Positions 40,622 through 54,324 of a DNA stretch of 64,000 nucleotides are shown piece after piece. The DNA comes from Octopus vulgaris (taxonomy: Eukaryota): assembly GCA_951406725.2 (NCBI GenBank), contig OX597817.1, positions 66,402,001 to 66,466,000 of the forward strand, given 5' to 3'. Both the position numbers and the translations under genes were made by a program. The notes beneath the pieces are model-generated. The model made no database searches and had not been told where the DNA came from. It saw only the letters and a list, made by a program, of their open reading frames with translations. Position 1 is the stretch's first letter. Every line of letters begins with the position of its first letter.

Positions 40622-40978
40622 CATCTTTTATCTTTTACTTGTTTCAGTCATTGGACTGCAGCCATGCTGATGTACTGCCTTGAAGGGTTTAGTCAACCAA
40701 ACTGTTCCTAGTACTTTTTTTTTAAAGTCTGGTACTTATGCTATCAGTTTCTTTTTGCCAAACTGCTAAGTTACAGAGAAGGTGAACAAACACAAAGACA
40801 CACACACCTTTATGTATACAGGCTGGGATTCTTTCAGTTTCCATTTACCAAATACATTCACAAGGCTTTGGTCAACCTGGGACTGTAGTAGACAACACTT
40901 GTCCAAGGTGCCATGCAGTGGGACTGACCTTGGAACCATGTGGTCGAGAAGCAAACTTCTTACCACACATCCACACTT
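40622..40978 (-). mobile_element. tRNA-derived SINE (family A), near complete
   Basis: Reverse complement shows the head, body and tail seen in the other family-A copies. Confidence 0.75.
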
Positions 40979-42944
40979 GTGCCTATATTATTTTTTTAAT
41001 GGTCTAGTGAGAAGAGAAAGGACAAATACTATAATTGTTTTTAGAGTGACCATGACTGGTAGAAGTAAGAGAAAGGTTATTCTCAGACAAGAGGCCAGAT
41101 TCAAATACTTGCAATATAGCTGATTCACTAAAGGTACCCAAGGTAGTGGTATAACACATGCTGACAGCTTAAGCCTATCTCCCATGAATATGAAGGTCCT
41201 TCCAATGGGTTTCCACACAGTTTCCTTCATTCACTTTCCCTTCACAAAGCTCTGGCTAACCAGAGGCTAGGATAGAAAATACCTTTCCAAGGTGGCATGC
41301 AGTGGAATAGAATCTAAAACCATGTAGTTGTAAGCAAACCTCTTAAACACATCTATTCAGCTTATGTAGAAATGATACAACTGTTACTACAATATTGCAA
41401 TAAATGTGGCTACCTAACAAATTCATTGTATGTAACTAAGTAGTTCAGCAAAAAAGACTGATAGAATAAGAATTAGGCTTAAAAAAAGTCTTGGGGTCAA
41501 TTTGTTTGACTAAAGTCATTCAAGGTGGTGTCTCAGTATGGCCTCAGTCAAGTGACTAAAACAAGTAAAAGATAAAAGATAAGTATAGCTAAGTTACAAA
41601 GTCTATCACTAGTTTTGGTTTATTGGTACTGAATAGATGACTAGTAGTCAATGAAACGACAATGTGACTATGGCCACTTTCCACATTTCTGGTGTGGAAA
41701 CTGGCAGAAAATATTGCTAAGCAATCCAAGTTCTAGGAGCACATCATATCAATGACGTGCTGCCTGGTCATCTTCTCAGATTCCACCAATCATGTAAAAA
41801 CTGACTATGTCCTAGGAAGAATACAGAAGAAACTCATGAGAAAAAGCTTGCAGAAGCTTGTAGAGCAGTGCAGAAGCCAAGTAGGTTGCCAGTGTTTTGT
41901 GGGGAAGTCATTCTGCAAAACTCTAAGTACATTTGAAGTGCTGCAATGAGGTGGTTGGGGGTATACATTCCATTGCAGAAATTACAGAAAAAGTTACTAG
42001 ATAGCTTTGGATAAAGTGAGCAGAGTTATGACTTATTACTGTTAGGATTCAAGTTGGGACTAGATCAATCCTGGTTAGGTCAACTGGGTGAGAGGGACTG
42101 ATGTTAGAAGACACTACAAGCCCAAGAACATCCTAGTTGATACATCCTAGAGCATCAGTAAAATATATCTTGGAATTTATTGTGTATAACGAATAGAACA
42201 GTGAAGAAAATTAGTGTATCACTAGTTTTGATTTATTAGGCATTTAACAGGTAAGTGATAGGATAGTTAGCAGGTCATTGTACTGTTACACAACTGGAAA
42301 CAATTTTCTCGTAGATAAGAACACAAGTTTATCACAGATGCAGGTAACTTTTCATATAGTAGTAATTACACTCAGCACCGCAAGCTAATGCATTACTTAC
42401 CATTACCATAATATTGCTGCTGCTGCTATTACATATAGCAGTGAATTATGCTACCTGTGGTACCCACTTAGAGGTAGAATCAGCTGTTGAGAGTTAAGTA
42501 TGTTGATCAAAGATAACAGTGATAGTAACATAAATCACTGACCTCTGTAGGTTACACGGTAACCAACCGGTTCAACTCTCAATATCTCAAACTATCTAAA
42601 TAGCTGATATTTTTTTTTAAGAAAGTATTTTTACACTGATCACCCTCTACTTGGTAACATAGGCTTTAGGTTTTATTTTGCAAATTTTCAAGTTTTATAA
42701 ATTGCTAAAGCAAGTGTTTCAGATCTGTATTTTTATCCCAATGCTAACAATTTAATTGATATAAAGTACTAGGAGTTTTGGAGTCAATTGGTTGCTGCAG
42801 GATGCCAAGCATTTTGGTTTAGGTTCAAACTTAAGTCATTTGAGTAATTTTATTGCCATGATCATTCTACATCTATTGAGATCATTCTGTTCTAAAATTC
42901 AAAGCTGAAACATATTATTGTAAAAATATGAGGATGTGTGATAT

Positions 42945-43544
42945 TAGTTCTGCTCTTCAGCTATCTATTTAAGGCTGTATATGGCTATGGTGCAGTCACA
43001 CTTGGAATTTGCATCACCAGTCTGGAACCCCTATTTTGTTCAGGACATTGACCTCCTGGAAACTGTTCAGAGACATGCAACCAAGTGAATACCCTCCATC
43101 AGGCATGTACCATACTCTGAATGCCTTCCTTCCCTGGCCATAGATACATTGACATTCCAACATCTGGCAAATGACTTGGTAAACACCCACATAATTATTA
43201 ATCATCATGCCAACAACCACCTTCAACACCTACAAAGTCAAAAAACAGAACAGCACCCATGACTTTTGGAAACATTTTTTCACACTCAGAGTTTCTGAAG
43301 CATGGAACAAGCTACCTGCATCAGTTGTTAGTTGCTGAGACATTGTATCCTTTAAAACCTCCATGCTTCCTGAAATTCACCAACACTACACCTGATATCC
43401 CCTGCTCCGTACACATGTGCATCATGACTTATACAATGTTCACTTTCCTGACTTTTGTACATAATTCTATGTACTATACATGCACTTTTGATGGGTTGTA
43501 GTGCACCTGAGCACTATACACAATAATTTCATTATTATGTTATT
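42945..43544 (+). mobile_element. Old degenerate CR1 LINE 3' fragment
   Basis: Colinear with 46340-46900 of the neighbouring CR1, including the 3' end GTTGTAGTGCACCTGAGCACT.TACACAAT plus (ATT)n. Frameshifted. Confidence 0.85.
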
Positions 43545-44964
43545 AAAAAATTGAATAAGTATCTCCTAAATTAGGCAGATCATAGATAATTTTATATTAG
43601 CCAAAGAGGAAGTTTCTATGTGGGTGCTCGTTTTGCTAGAAATAGCAGCTCTAAATCTGCCTGAAATCAAACATTACCATCTCAAAAATAGAAAAAGAGA
43701 GAAACCACATTGAATTATGCAGTCTGGGGTTCACAATGCCTGAAAAATGAAATGGAATAATCATAGCTGGAATGTTTTTGACCATGAGTCTGCTAAATCA
43801 AGACCAAAATTGGACTAAATAACTACATAGATATTTGAATGCAGGATCAAAGAGGAGACTCTCTTTCAGTTAAGTAACCAGAACAATAAGATTTGTCTAA
43901 AGAGAACAAAATATTACACATAATCATTTTGATCATTTCAGCTTTAATTTAGTAGACTGGAAACCCAACCATTTAGCCACTTAGAGTGGTGTTGTCCTCT
44001 GAAAGATAATAACTATGTGTTGTAGTGTCAATAAAATCTATTAAACAACATTTCAGAGCCACAGAAATAAATTAGAAATTTTTTAACATGAGAAAAGATA
44101 TCAGCAAACACTTGACAGCATTTTGTTTTTGTTCTTCAAAGTGTTACTTTTTAATAGTAGTTTTTTTTTCCTCTTTAATTAGTAATTTGTTAATTAAAAC
44201 AAAAGTAGTAACTCTGTAAATCAATACCAAACAATTGCTTTTTTTTTTTTGTTGTACACAAAGCAAATTAAATACTTGATTGTAACATTCCCTCTATGTG
44301 TTGAGTTGCAACTTTTTGCCAAAAGGAAAATGTCACATGCAGCATGAAACACAGGAATTGTTGGTCTTTCCTGCAAGTTATTGTTTGCTTTTAATTTATT
44401 TTTTTCATGTTTTGTAATGAAACACAAAAAATAAAAAAATAAAGTAATATGAAAATATGACATTTCCCAATGTTGAAAAATATCTAAATGCTGGGGAACT
44501 TATTAAAAATGTCCATCAGAAAGTAGGTCAGCAAAAGTTTTATAGGAAAGAGCAAATGTGTGCTGGAAACAAAAATTTTCAATTATCATTCTTCAAATAC
44601 TTATACTATGTGTAAGTGACTGAGTTTGTTGAACTTCAAAACTTGTAACAATCTTTCTGGTGCCATAATCTCACTCTTATCAGTTAAAAACCACAGCAGT
44701 TAACCTGGATAGCATTTAGCTTTAATTCCTGTCATACTAAGTAAGAAAGAAAAAATATAACCCAAATTAGAAGAAACTAGTCTATTACAGGTAGATTTTT
44801 CTAGTAGTTCCAACAGATATTCTCCAGCTTGTTCAATCGTAGTAAACTAATCTTAAGGGTCAGATCAAAACACCTTCAGAGAGATAATGAAATAATAATC
44901 TAAGTCTGTTGCTTTATCCACTTATCTGTTTCCATTCCACATATGTGAAAACATAGGAATTGTC

Positions 44965-45180
44965 ATTTATGGGTTATAACTAAACATAAAAACCTACACT
45001 CATTGATTATGACTAAACATAGACATCTTCTTTCATAGATTATCTCAAACAGAAATTTTTACTCATAAATCATTACTAAAGATGGAAATATTCATTCAGG
45101 GATTATGACTAAACAAGGAAAGCTACATTCATGGATTATGACAATATAGATGTAATTCACAGATTATCGATAAACACCAG
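44965..45180. repeat. Degenerate minisatellite, about 7 units of 30-35 bp (core TTCATGGATTATGACTAAAC)
   Basis: Recurrent units such as CTCATTGATTATGACTAAACATA, TTCAGGGATTATGACTAAACAAG and TTCATGGATTATGACAATA. Confidence 0.6.
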
Positions 45181-45310
45181 TAAACTACTACTATCTTGGA
45201 ACAGACTTCTAGAAAGATTTTACAATAATGTATAGCATATTTTAGATGAGTTTTAGTAGAATAGGATATGTGGTGCATCTGTCATCATACCTAATGCAAA
45301 TACAAGTACT

Positions 45311-46905
45311 AGCTGACACCTGCAATGCTGCGACGTCACCTTCAAAATAAGCGCAACTATGCCTCCCCTGGTCTCGATGGAGTTACATACCTGCTTCTCA
45401 AACGTGGCAGGCACTTCCTTTTACACCAGCTTTCTATTTTCTTCCAGTACTGTCTCAACAATGGTGCTACTCCGGAGCAGTGGAAAACTGCCAGTGTCAT
45501 TCCTCTGTTCAAAAAGGGCGACCGCACATCACCTGTCAACTATCGCCCAGTCAGTCTCACTAGCTGTATTGCAAAACTGATGGAATCGTGTGTCAGAGAA
45601 ACACTCTGGAACTTCTGGAGCTCTCACAGTCTCATCCGACCCTCACAATATGGATTTGTCCCTAACTCCAGCTGCAGTGACCAGCTTGTCGAGTTCCTTG
45701 AGGACATTACTCAGATTACTGACAGTGGCTCATGGGTGGATGTTGTCTACCTTGACTTTGCTAAGGCTTTCAACTCTGTGCCACACAAAAGGCTTATGGT
45801 GAAACTCTCTGCAATGGGTGTGGGGGATGACCTTTTTAACTGGTTGAAATCCTTCATCCTCAGCCGAAAGGAGGTAGTCACAGTTCTAGGACAGCACTCT
45901 ACACCATATGAGATGTCATCGGGTGTACCACAGGGATCTGTCCTTGGTCCCCTCTTGTTTGTGGCATACATTAACGACATAGATGCCAATTTAAAGAATG
46001 CCACAGTATTGAAATATGCAGACGACATCAAGCTGTACCTTGAAATCAAGAGGACAGATCCTGATGTCTACAACTCTTTCCTGCAATCAGACCTAGACAC
46101 AATGCAGCAATGGATCACAGACTGGCAACTGAAACTGGCTGTGGACAAGTGTACCACCATGCATTTTGGGAGAAAAAACCCTGCGTTCACATACTCCCTC
46201 CACAACACTGATATCAAGAAATCCTCTTGCGAGCGTGACCTAGGCATCACTGTCAGCAGTGATTTGCGTTGGTCAAAGCATATCTCTAAGATTGTCAGGA
46301 AGGCCGAGGGTGTCTTGGCATCACTCAGCAGGTCTTTTGTTAGCCGCTCTCCAGCCATCTATTTAAAACTGTATACAGCTATGGTACGACCACACTTGGA
46401 ATTCGCATCATCAGTTTGGAACCCCTATCTTGCACAGAACATTGACCTCCTGGAATCTGTCCAGAGACGTGCAACCAAACGCATACCCTCCATCAGACAC
46501 CTACCATATTCTGAGTGCCTTGTTTCCCTGGGCATGGATTCACTGAAGCTCCGGCGTTTGGCGACGGACTTGGTAAACACCCACAAAGTTATCAACCACC
46601 TCACCAACAACAACACTGAACACCTTTTTGATCTCCATGTGTCTAACACACGTGGACATGCCTACAAAGTCAGAAAACAATACAGCTCCCATGACTTTCG
46701 GAAACATTTTTTCACGCTCAGAGTTGCTGAAGCATGGAATAAACTGCCTGCGTCAGTTGTTGACTGCCATGACACTGCATCTTTTAAGGCCCTCATGCTT
46801 TCCGAAATCCGCCGAAACTACACCTGATTATATATACACTTTAGATGAGTTGTAGTGCACCTGAGCACTGTACACAATTATTATTATTATTATTATTTTA
46901 TTATT
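45311..46905 (+). mobile_element. 5'-truncated CR1-clade LINE with open RT frame (ORF 45325-46827, 500 aa) and (ATT)n tail
   Basis: RT motifs NYRPVSLTS, QYGF, VYLDFAKAFNSV, SGVPQGSVLGPLLF and YADD, plus CR1-type C-terminus (VRPHLEFASSVWNP, VQRRATK, FFTLRVAEAWNKLP). No endonuclease domain or ORF1. Confidence 0.95.
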
Positions 46906-48768
46906 TTATAATGGTAATGATTGGATTTCTAACACTGCCACAAAGCCACAAATTAGCAAGGGTTGGGAGAGATACTGCTACCTGAATATATCCCCAGAAG
47001 ACAACTGATAGATATTTCATTAATTCCAGAGGTATGAAATGAATGAATGGCAAGATAAAAAAAATAAAACTATATAATGTTAAAATCGTTTAGACTATAA
47101 AGTTTAAAGATTTCTGTCTATTCATTACATTGGTTTTAGCTTAATTGTAGGTTAGCCAAATTTTTTAAGTTGGCTAAAGTATCAGTAGAATATGATGAGA
47201 ATATTTTGGATATTTACAAAATTAATAACTTACTTGGCTTATGATAAACGTACACATGATATGGTTAAACACCCTAATAAAATGAATGTAGTTAAAAAGT
47301 ATGGTGTAGTCATCAGAAGTATTGCAGGTGTAGTAAGCAAGATACAAATAAATTAAAGCAAGTTATCCATCAAATTACAGGTAAGAAAACAAAAATTTTC
47401 CAGCAGACTTTGACAAAGAATGTTGGATAGGAAGAGTATACCAGTGGTGGTTTGTATGAGAAAACTATTCAGTGAAATTTGTATGCCACAGAGAGATGAG
47501 AACCCTAATAGTTGTAGAGTTTCAAGCAAAGTCTTTTATTGGAGTGATAACTTTTTTTTTTTCTCTTTCATAATGAGCCTTGCTTAAAGTGCCAGTATTC
47601 TCTCTCACCATGGATTACAAACTCCACTACATATAACATAGACTTCTTGAGTGGAATATGGAATATTGCAACTAGAACTGTTAAAGTTGCTTCATTTATC
47701 TTGATTGTACAAGCTACATGAAGCAGAGAAAATAATCAAACCATTTATTAGTCAAAAGGAAAGAAACATTTCAGACTTGGCAAAGTCTATTATCAAAACT
47801 CATTTCTATGCACTGATGTCAAGTTATTGTAAGGATAACAGCCAGCTATTTCCAGCTAAAAAATCAATTAACTTTTTTAATAAGCAACACAAAGGGTTTT
47901 GACCCAAGCCATTCATCTGATATATAATTTATAAATATTCTTAAATTGTGAAGAATGACAATAAAGATAAAACAGTATAAACATTTTGCAAACTATTTTG
48001 TAAAATACATTGCATTAATATTTCTACTGAAAAAACTTGCTACTTACAAAGCTAAAAAGCATGTTTGTCAGAGCTATTTTCTTAACCAAACATTGTGACA
48101 GTATACATAGTTAATTTTTTTTCCTAAATAGAAATGTATAGTGAAATCCTTTATATCCTCTCCTCTAAATGCTCCTTCTAAAGTAATCCTCAACTCTTAA
48201 GCAGAAACCTAGATAGATGATTTCATAGTAGATTTATCTTTAGAATTCACAAATTTCATGTGTAAAAAATACTTTTACAAACTAATGGTGAAATAAGCAT
48301 TAGAACCTTCCAGTCAAAGAATAACAGCAAAATAGTATTTTATACTTAAAGCATGTTGAATTCTTATACCAGGATAGTTGTAGATCTTTTAATCTTAAAT
48401 AAGTATCCAGCCAATTCATGCAGTATAGAAAAAAAACAAAAAACGAAAAACAAATGAACAAGATCCATCAGAGGGCTTGTTAGTTTGACCTGAGCCCCAG
48501 GTAGAAAACATTTTTTTTATTGCTTTCATCTGGCAGAAGGGGCAGGTCCTCTGACACCAGACCTCAGTATGGCTGCAGCCTAATGATAAACACGTAAAAG
48601 AATATTATATTCTTTTCTCTCTCACCTCACTTCTCTTATCAGTTCTATTCACATACACACACACAGTTGGGAATCATTTGTACATGAGAAGGGGTCTTGT
48701 TGTGGAAACTGAATACAGGATGGTTAAATAAAAACAAAAATAATATTCTAAAGAACCACATAACTAAC

Positions 48769-48869
48769 CTGAGATGTTTTATCCGTACGTGTTTCTCAAT
48801 ACCAGCACATGTACTGTGTGTTTTACAACAGCCTGGCCATGTACACTGAAACACTGTTCGTACTTGAAC
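48769..48869 (-). CDS. ZNF704: ZNF704/ZNF395/SLC2A4RG-family TF, internal exon encoding the C2H2 zinc finger (5' exons not identified)
   Basis: Translates VQVRTVFQCTWPGCCKTHSTCAGIEKHVRIKHL (C-x4-C-x12-H-x4-H finger typical of this family). Acceptor ttctattgcag|GTT and donor CTCAG|gttagt. The 101-nt exon ends in phase 2, matching the next exon. Symbol is family-level; orthology to a single vertebrate paralogue is not resolved. Confidence 0.9.
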
Positions 48870-50477
48870 CTGCAATAGAAGAGAAACATATTCAATAGTT
48901 AATATTTTCATAAATACATACCAAAATAAGCATAGTGAACTGATGTGGGAAATATCTATATGATTACTTGACCTGCTAGCAATAGGAGCAAATCTCCTTC
49001 AAATCACATCTTACCATCTTAGAAAAGAATACATTGGAAAACATGATCTTGAATTCTCTGAACACTGGAAAAAGATGGGATGCTATGGAATGATTTGAAT
49101 GCTTTTAGTCATAGGTCTGCTAGATCAGCACTCACCAGAGACTAAAGATCAACAACAGCATCATGTTAGAATGTCAATAGAATGTAGGGCTCACAAATAA
49201 AAGAAAACCGAGTTATATTCTTGCTCTTAGTGAAGAGAGACCTAATATTATAAAGGTATCTAACACTTGTCTAAAGGATGACATCAACTAACATAGATTT
49301 ATTTTAAAGTCTGTCTTAGAAAAGATATTTCAATATCAAATATTGTATCAATTATGATAGAGTATATACTTATAAGTAATATCTTTAACAAAATCAGTAG
49401 AAGTAAATGTTGTAAATATTAATTTGCCTTATTTATTCAATAATTCAATAGATAAGAAACAACAACAACAACAAAAACAAAAGACTTTGTTGAATATGAA
49501 TAACTGTTGATTTTGGTTATGAAACAAAATCTCAAGTTAATCAGTAACATAAGCAATTAAAGTAGTGGAAGCAGGAACTGATAAAACTAAGTCAGAGAAA
49601 GGTTTTAATTATTACTTGGGCAATGTATCAAAATTATATGAAATACAGAGCAGAGGATATATTTTGATGGGAAAAATCACGGCACAAGACTCTTCATTAT
49701 TAGAGACTACATTAAAATAAGGGATATATTATTTTCTCATTTGATAAGCAATAGAAACAGCTGATACACTGCATACCACAATAGATGTTTTAATGAATTT
49801 TGTTTGGGGAGTTCAATCTGTGACAAGATTGAATTTGTTCTCCATTTCTCTGTAGTCAATAAAGCATATACCAGCCAAGCCAATGTGGTACACTCTATAT
49901 GGTTGTTTGACAGAAATAGCAACCGAATTTCCTTCAAATTCTATCTATTCATCTTAAATAAAGGAAGGTACATTACACAGTATAGTTCCTGGTACACAGA
50001 AAAAGATGGAATGGTCAAAGCTAGTATGTTGATTATAGGTCAGCTTGAACATGACTAATCTGGACTAAACAGCATAAACAACAAATGTATATACCAGTAA
50101 TATATCAAAGTTAATTTACTTTTGATTTAATCACTTACAGTTGTTTCTTTATAATACCTAGCTTTAGGCTTTAAAAAGACATCCTTATTTCATTTAGCAG
50201 ACTCATCAGCCAATCTCTGATAATTCATAAACATATTAAATTATGGTAATAGATATTGTGTACATAGAATGTATGATAAGTAATTCTCAGATAAGCACTT
50301 TTTTTTAGACATTTACCCACAGATTTATGAGAAGGAGAAGATGTAGACATAGAATACGCATATCTTGGCACAAAGAAAATAAAATGCAAGTGAAGTGTTT
50401 CCAATTTAGATGTAAAACTAGGTCACAAAGAAAATGCTGTTTTTTCATTTTCTCCTAACTATCTGAAGTCAGTGAAT

Positions 50478-50695
50478 ATTGGTTTCAAATTTTGGTACAA
50501 GGCTAGCAAGTTTGGAGTAAGAGGCTAGTCAATTACATCGACTGGTATTTATTTTATTAACTGTTATTTATTTTATTGACCTTGAAAGAATGAAAAAGTT
50601 GATCTTGATGGAATTTCAATTCATAATGTAGACAGACAAAATGTCATTAAGCATTTTGCCCAGCTTAGTAATGATTCTGCCAGCTCACCATCTTA
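50478..50695 (-). mobile_element. SINE (family B)
   Basis: Reverse-complement similarity to 33253-33462. Confidence 0.65.
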
Positions 50696-51019
50696 AAGCC
50701 AGTGAATATTGAAAACTGTCTTTAAGAGGTAGATTAAGCTTAATATCAGAGATTCCAAATTCAAGTAAAGGACAAATAAGAGCTAAGTTATAATAAAAGA
50801 TATGACATAACTCAGTGAAATTAGAGCTGCGATATTTATACATTTTATTTAGTTGAAGGAAAGCTAGCATCCATAACCTTTGCAAACCAAACCAGACTGG
50901 TGAGATGGACGAGATTAATGTTCAAATTGACCTTATGGATGTTTGATCCCTGTAGAATAAAATGTGGACAAAGAAGATAATTTCAAATGGCTATAATCTG
51001 GTGTGGAGTGATTGTAAAA

Positions 51020-51250
51020 TTGTCAAATATAAAGTTTAATGGGTGGGGTGATGAGAGGAGAAGAAACAAATGTATTAAGTGGGCCTGGAGTAGTAGACAG
51101 CCAGTTAGTTCATAAGAGCAGAAACCATTGCAGTAGTGATACAAGGTGCAAAGAAAAGAAAAACATGGTATAACCACTGCTATCAGCAAATGGTCGTAGA
51201 GCATTGGCAAGTGAATCTTTGTCAATAAGCTGAATGGCTTCATTTGAATG
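51020..51250 (-). mobile_element. Degenerate CR1/L2-group LINE fragment
   Basis: FSFLCTLYHYCNGFCSYELTG resembles the fragment at 14780-15330. Confidence 0.5.
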
Positions 51251-51440
51251 TATTTTAGAATGTTTGTGAATGTAGCAGCATCACTATATCAGTATGTGAA
51301 GGGTACTCTAAAGTGGATTGGTCACACTTGATCCTTGTAGAAGATCAGTAAGTGATCAGAGCTCAAGTTTTTCTGTTCATGATGAGGACCGTCAGGGTAA
51401 TTTTTTCTTTTTTTTGTGATGCAGTTTGGGTAATATTGTA

Positions 51441-51737
51441 CATCATCATCATCATTTAACGTCCGTTCTCCATGCTAGCATGGGTTGGATGGTTCGACCG
51501 GGGATCTGGGAAGCCAGAAGGCTGCACCAGGCTCCAGTCTGATCTGGCAGTGTTTCTACAGCTGGATGCCCTTCCTAACGCCAATCACTCCATGAGTGTA
51601 GTGGGTGCTTTTTATGTGCCAGGCGAGGCTGGCAATGGCCACAATCGGATTGGTGCTTTTTACGTGCCACCGGCATGGAAGCCAGTCAAGGCGGCGCTGG
51701 CATTGGCCATGTTCGGATGGTGCTTTTTACGTGCCCT
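51441..51737 (-). mobile_element. Short retroposon (family C), relatively young
   Basis: Near-identical reverse complement of 19150-19445; CpGs retained. Confidence 0.8.
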
Positions 51738-53446
51738 GTGTGAGCATTCATCAAAGATTATGAGTTTTATCATTTGCTACTTACCACAAAGCAATTAGGC
51801 CAATCTTTTTGCATAAGCATTATCATTTTGAGGGTTAGATAAACAAAAACAAACATTCTCGACAGATATAAATTTCCAAACACCAAAGGAAAAAACTCAA
51901 GAAATATATAACACAAAGAGGAGAAGCCATAAAAACAAAAATATTTAAAGTTAAGTGTTTAAAAATAAATTTATGTTCAAGAAAAAAAACAACAACACAC
52001 ATTCATATTACCCTCACACAACCTTTTCGACTGTCTGAACCACTATGCTGCAGCAGAACAACAGATGACATTTCAATTGTCTAGAGGTGTGTCTGTGAGA
52101 TGTTTGTCCTGGTGGCTGTAATGTTTTTTTTTTTTATAGTTTCCATTTCTTTTAATCTGTTACAGATGTTAGAGAAAGTGTTAAAAACTACCATAGGGAG
52201 TAACATTAAGTGGGAGGGGATATGGAAATAAATAAATAGTTAAGGGAGGAGAAAAAGGATTTGATGGCTATATATTTGTTTGTTTTATTCAAAAAATTTA
52301 ATTTGTTTTTTAATTATAGCATAATTTACAAGAGGATGAAATTTACTGCTTGGGTGGTTTCAAGGTTAAGCAATAACACATAAATAGTGCCTGCATGTGT
52401 CTATGTGCATGTGAGAGTGTGTGTGAAAGAGAGAGAGAGAGAGAATGTGTGTATGTCTATTGCAGACAGAACAGTTATTGCAGTTAACAACCAACCACAA
52501 CAAATGATAATGCACATAAAACATATTGCACCACTTCCATCTAACATGAAAAAAAAAGCAATCTTAATTCATCAAGTAAATAAATAAATATGTAAAAAAT
52601 AAGAAAGAAAAAGAAAAGCAAAAGCAGATCCACCCACCCTAAAAACTAGAGTTTTTGTTTAACCCCAGGTCAACCTTGATTATGTTAAAAGCATTCTAGC
52701 AGTGGGCATCCTGTCATTTTAAGGATATGTATGATTATATTATCTAATGAGTTGTGTCATATATGAAAAAATAGGGTGTGATATGAAGGAAATTTAACTG
52801 CTACTTCCAGCAAGTCAAGGTATCCTTGCTTGGCTAATAATACAAGAGAATTCTGAAGGAGTGAGGGATGTAAACTTTGATGATTATTGTATCACAACAG
52901 TCTTCAACACTGATCCACAGAATCCAAATTAACCAATCAACAAACCCTAGATCAAATTCCTTGTCTATGATTGATGAGACTTTAAACAGAAAGCAACAGA
53001 GATTTTGAAACCAGCTTCATTCACAACTAAGAAAATCATCAGTCAATGAAACAAAAATTCAAACAGGACTTGAGAATGATGGGTATCTGCTATATGACTT
53101 AAGAATATCTGTAATAGGTTATGTGGTATGGTTCAATTTTCCATGCTCACATAGGTGAGATGGAATTTGTTGAGGTTCAGTTTTCTACAGCTGGATGCCC
53201 TTCCTATTGCCAACCCTCATCTGTTTTCAAGTAAGGTAAATATTTCCCCATGATAAGATATGTTTACACTCATAAGCCTTTAGCCAGTCCAGGATTATAA
53301 AAGGTACTTGCCCAAGGTAACATGCAGTGGGATTAAACCTGAAACTATGTAGTTGGGAAGCAAACACCTATGTGATATATTGATAAATAATAAAGAGGTA
53401 CATTACAGAGATAAAACACTAAACTGGATTATGTTGCTGTTGGAAT

Positions 53447-53831
53447 CAGTGGCACAGCTAGGGTAAACCGTGCCTAGGAGAAGCTGCAAAAATGCACTCC
53501 CTCCCATTACAAAATCCACAATATTATATAGTACTTATTTGTTACAAGTAATTAATGTTTTAAAGCAATATTTTAAGAATAAATACTTTACCAGGGTTCA
53601 TTTATCTGCCAGTTCAGTACAGCTTGTAATTCAAAATACGAAACCTTATTTTAATCATTTAATGCACCAGCTTCCCTGATTGAATCATTAAAAAACCTAA
53701 TGTGTGAAATGAGATGTAATAAAAAAATACAATTGTTTAAAGTCTCATCTTTCTTGCTTTTGATGAGGCACTACCCTTGAATCAGCACCTGGGGCATGTA
53801 CCCCCCTTGCTCCCACCTAGTTACACTACTG
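53447..53831. mobile_element. hAT-superfamily MITE with 8-bp TSD
   Basis: Perfect TSD GTTGGAAT at 53439-53446 and 53832-53839. Imperfect TIRs CAGTGGCACAGCTAGG / CCTAGTTACACTACTG. Confidence 0.8.
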
Positions 53832-54324
53832 GTTGGAATTTAGCCCTGATCAAGTAGACCTATGATCAAAGACATATCAATTGTGATCATCATATTCTAG
53901 TATATCTGTGATTTATTCATTGGTTAGCTCAAAGCTATGGTAGAAGACACTTGCCCAGGATACTGAGAGTGAAATTGAATCCAGAACAACAAAACTGAAA
54001 AGAGAACATATTAATTACATAACCACATTTACACCACTGATAACACAATCTCATCTTGTTCCAGTTATTATAAGATCTTCATGACTGACTGTCCAGTGGG
54101 CTACCATGACCAATTGCCATGACAGATGCATCTAGCAACAATTTACAACAACTAGTTTTTGACTGCCATTATAGGAATACAGTTGTACAACAAAAAGGAA
54201 TCCTTGTAAGTATGTATTCTGCACTGTTCTTGGCTGACATATTTCTCAAGACTTTTGAACATGTTTATATTTTGAACTTATTAAATTAGACAAGATTAAT
54301 GCAAGATATTTACTCTCCAAGAAA

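Noticed and set aside
45325-46827. 500-aa ORF as a host gene
   Set aside because: It is a truncated CR1 ORF2 with a retroposon tail, and the ATG is probably incidental.
50131-50212. Minus-strand CUGAUGA...GAAA-CAACUG-UA hammerhead-like string
   Set aside because: Stems I and II do not pair.
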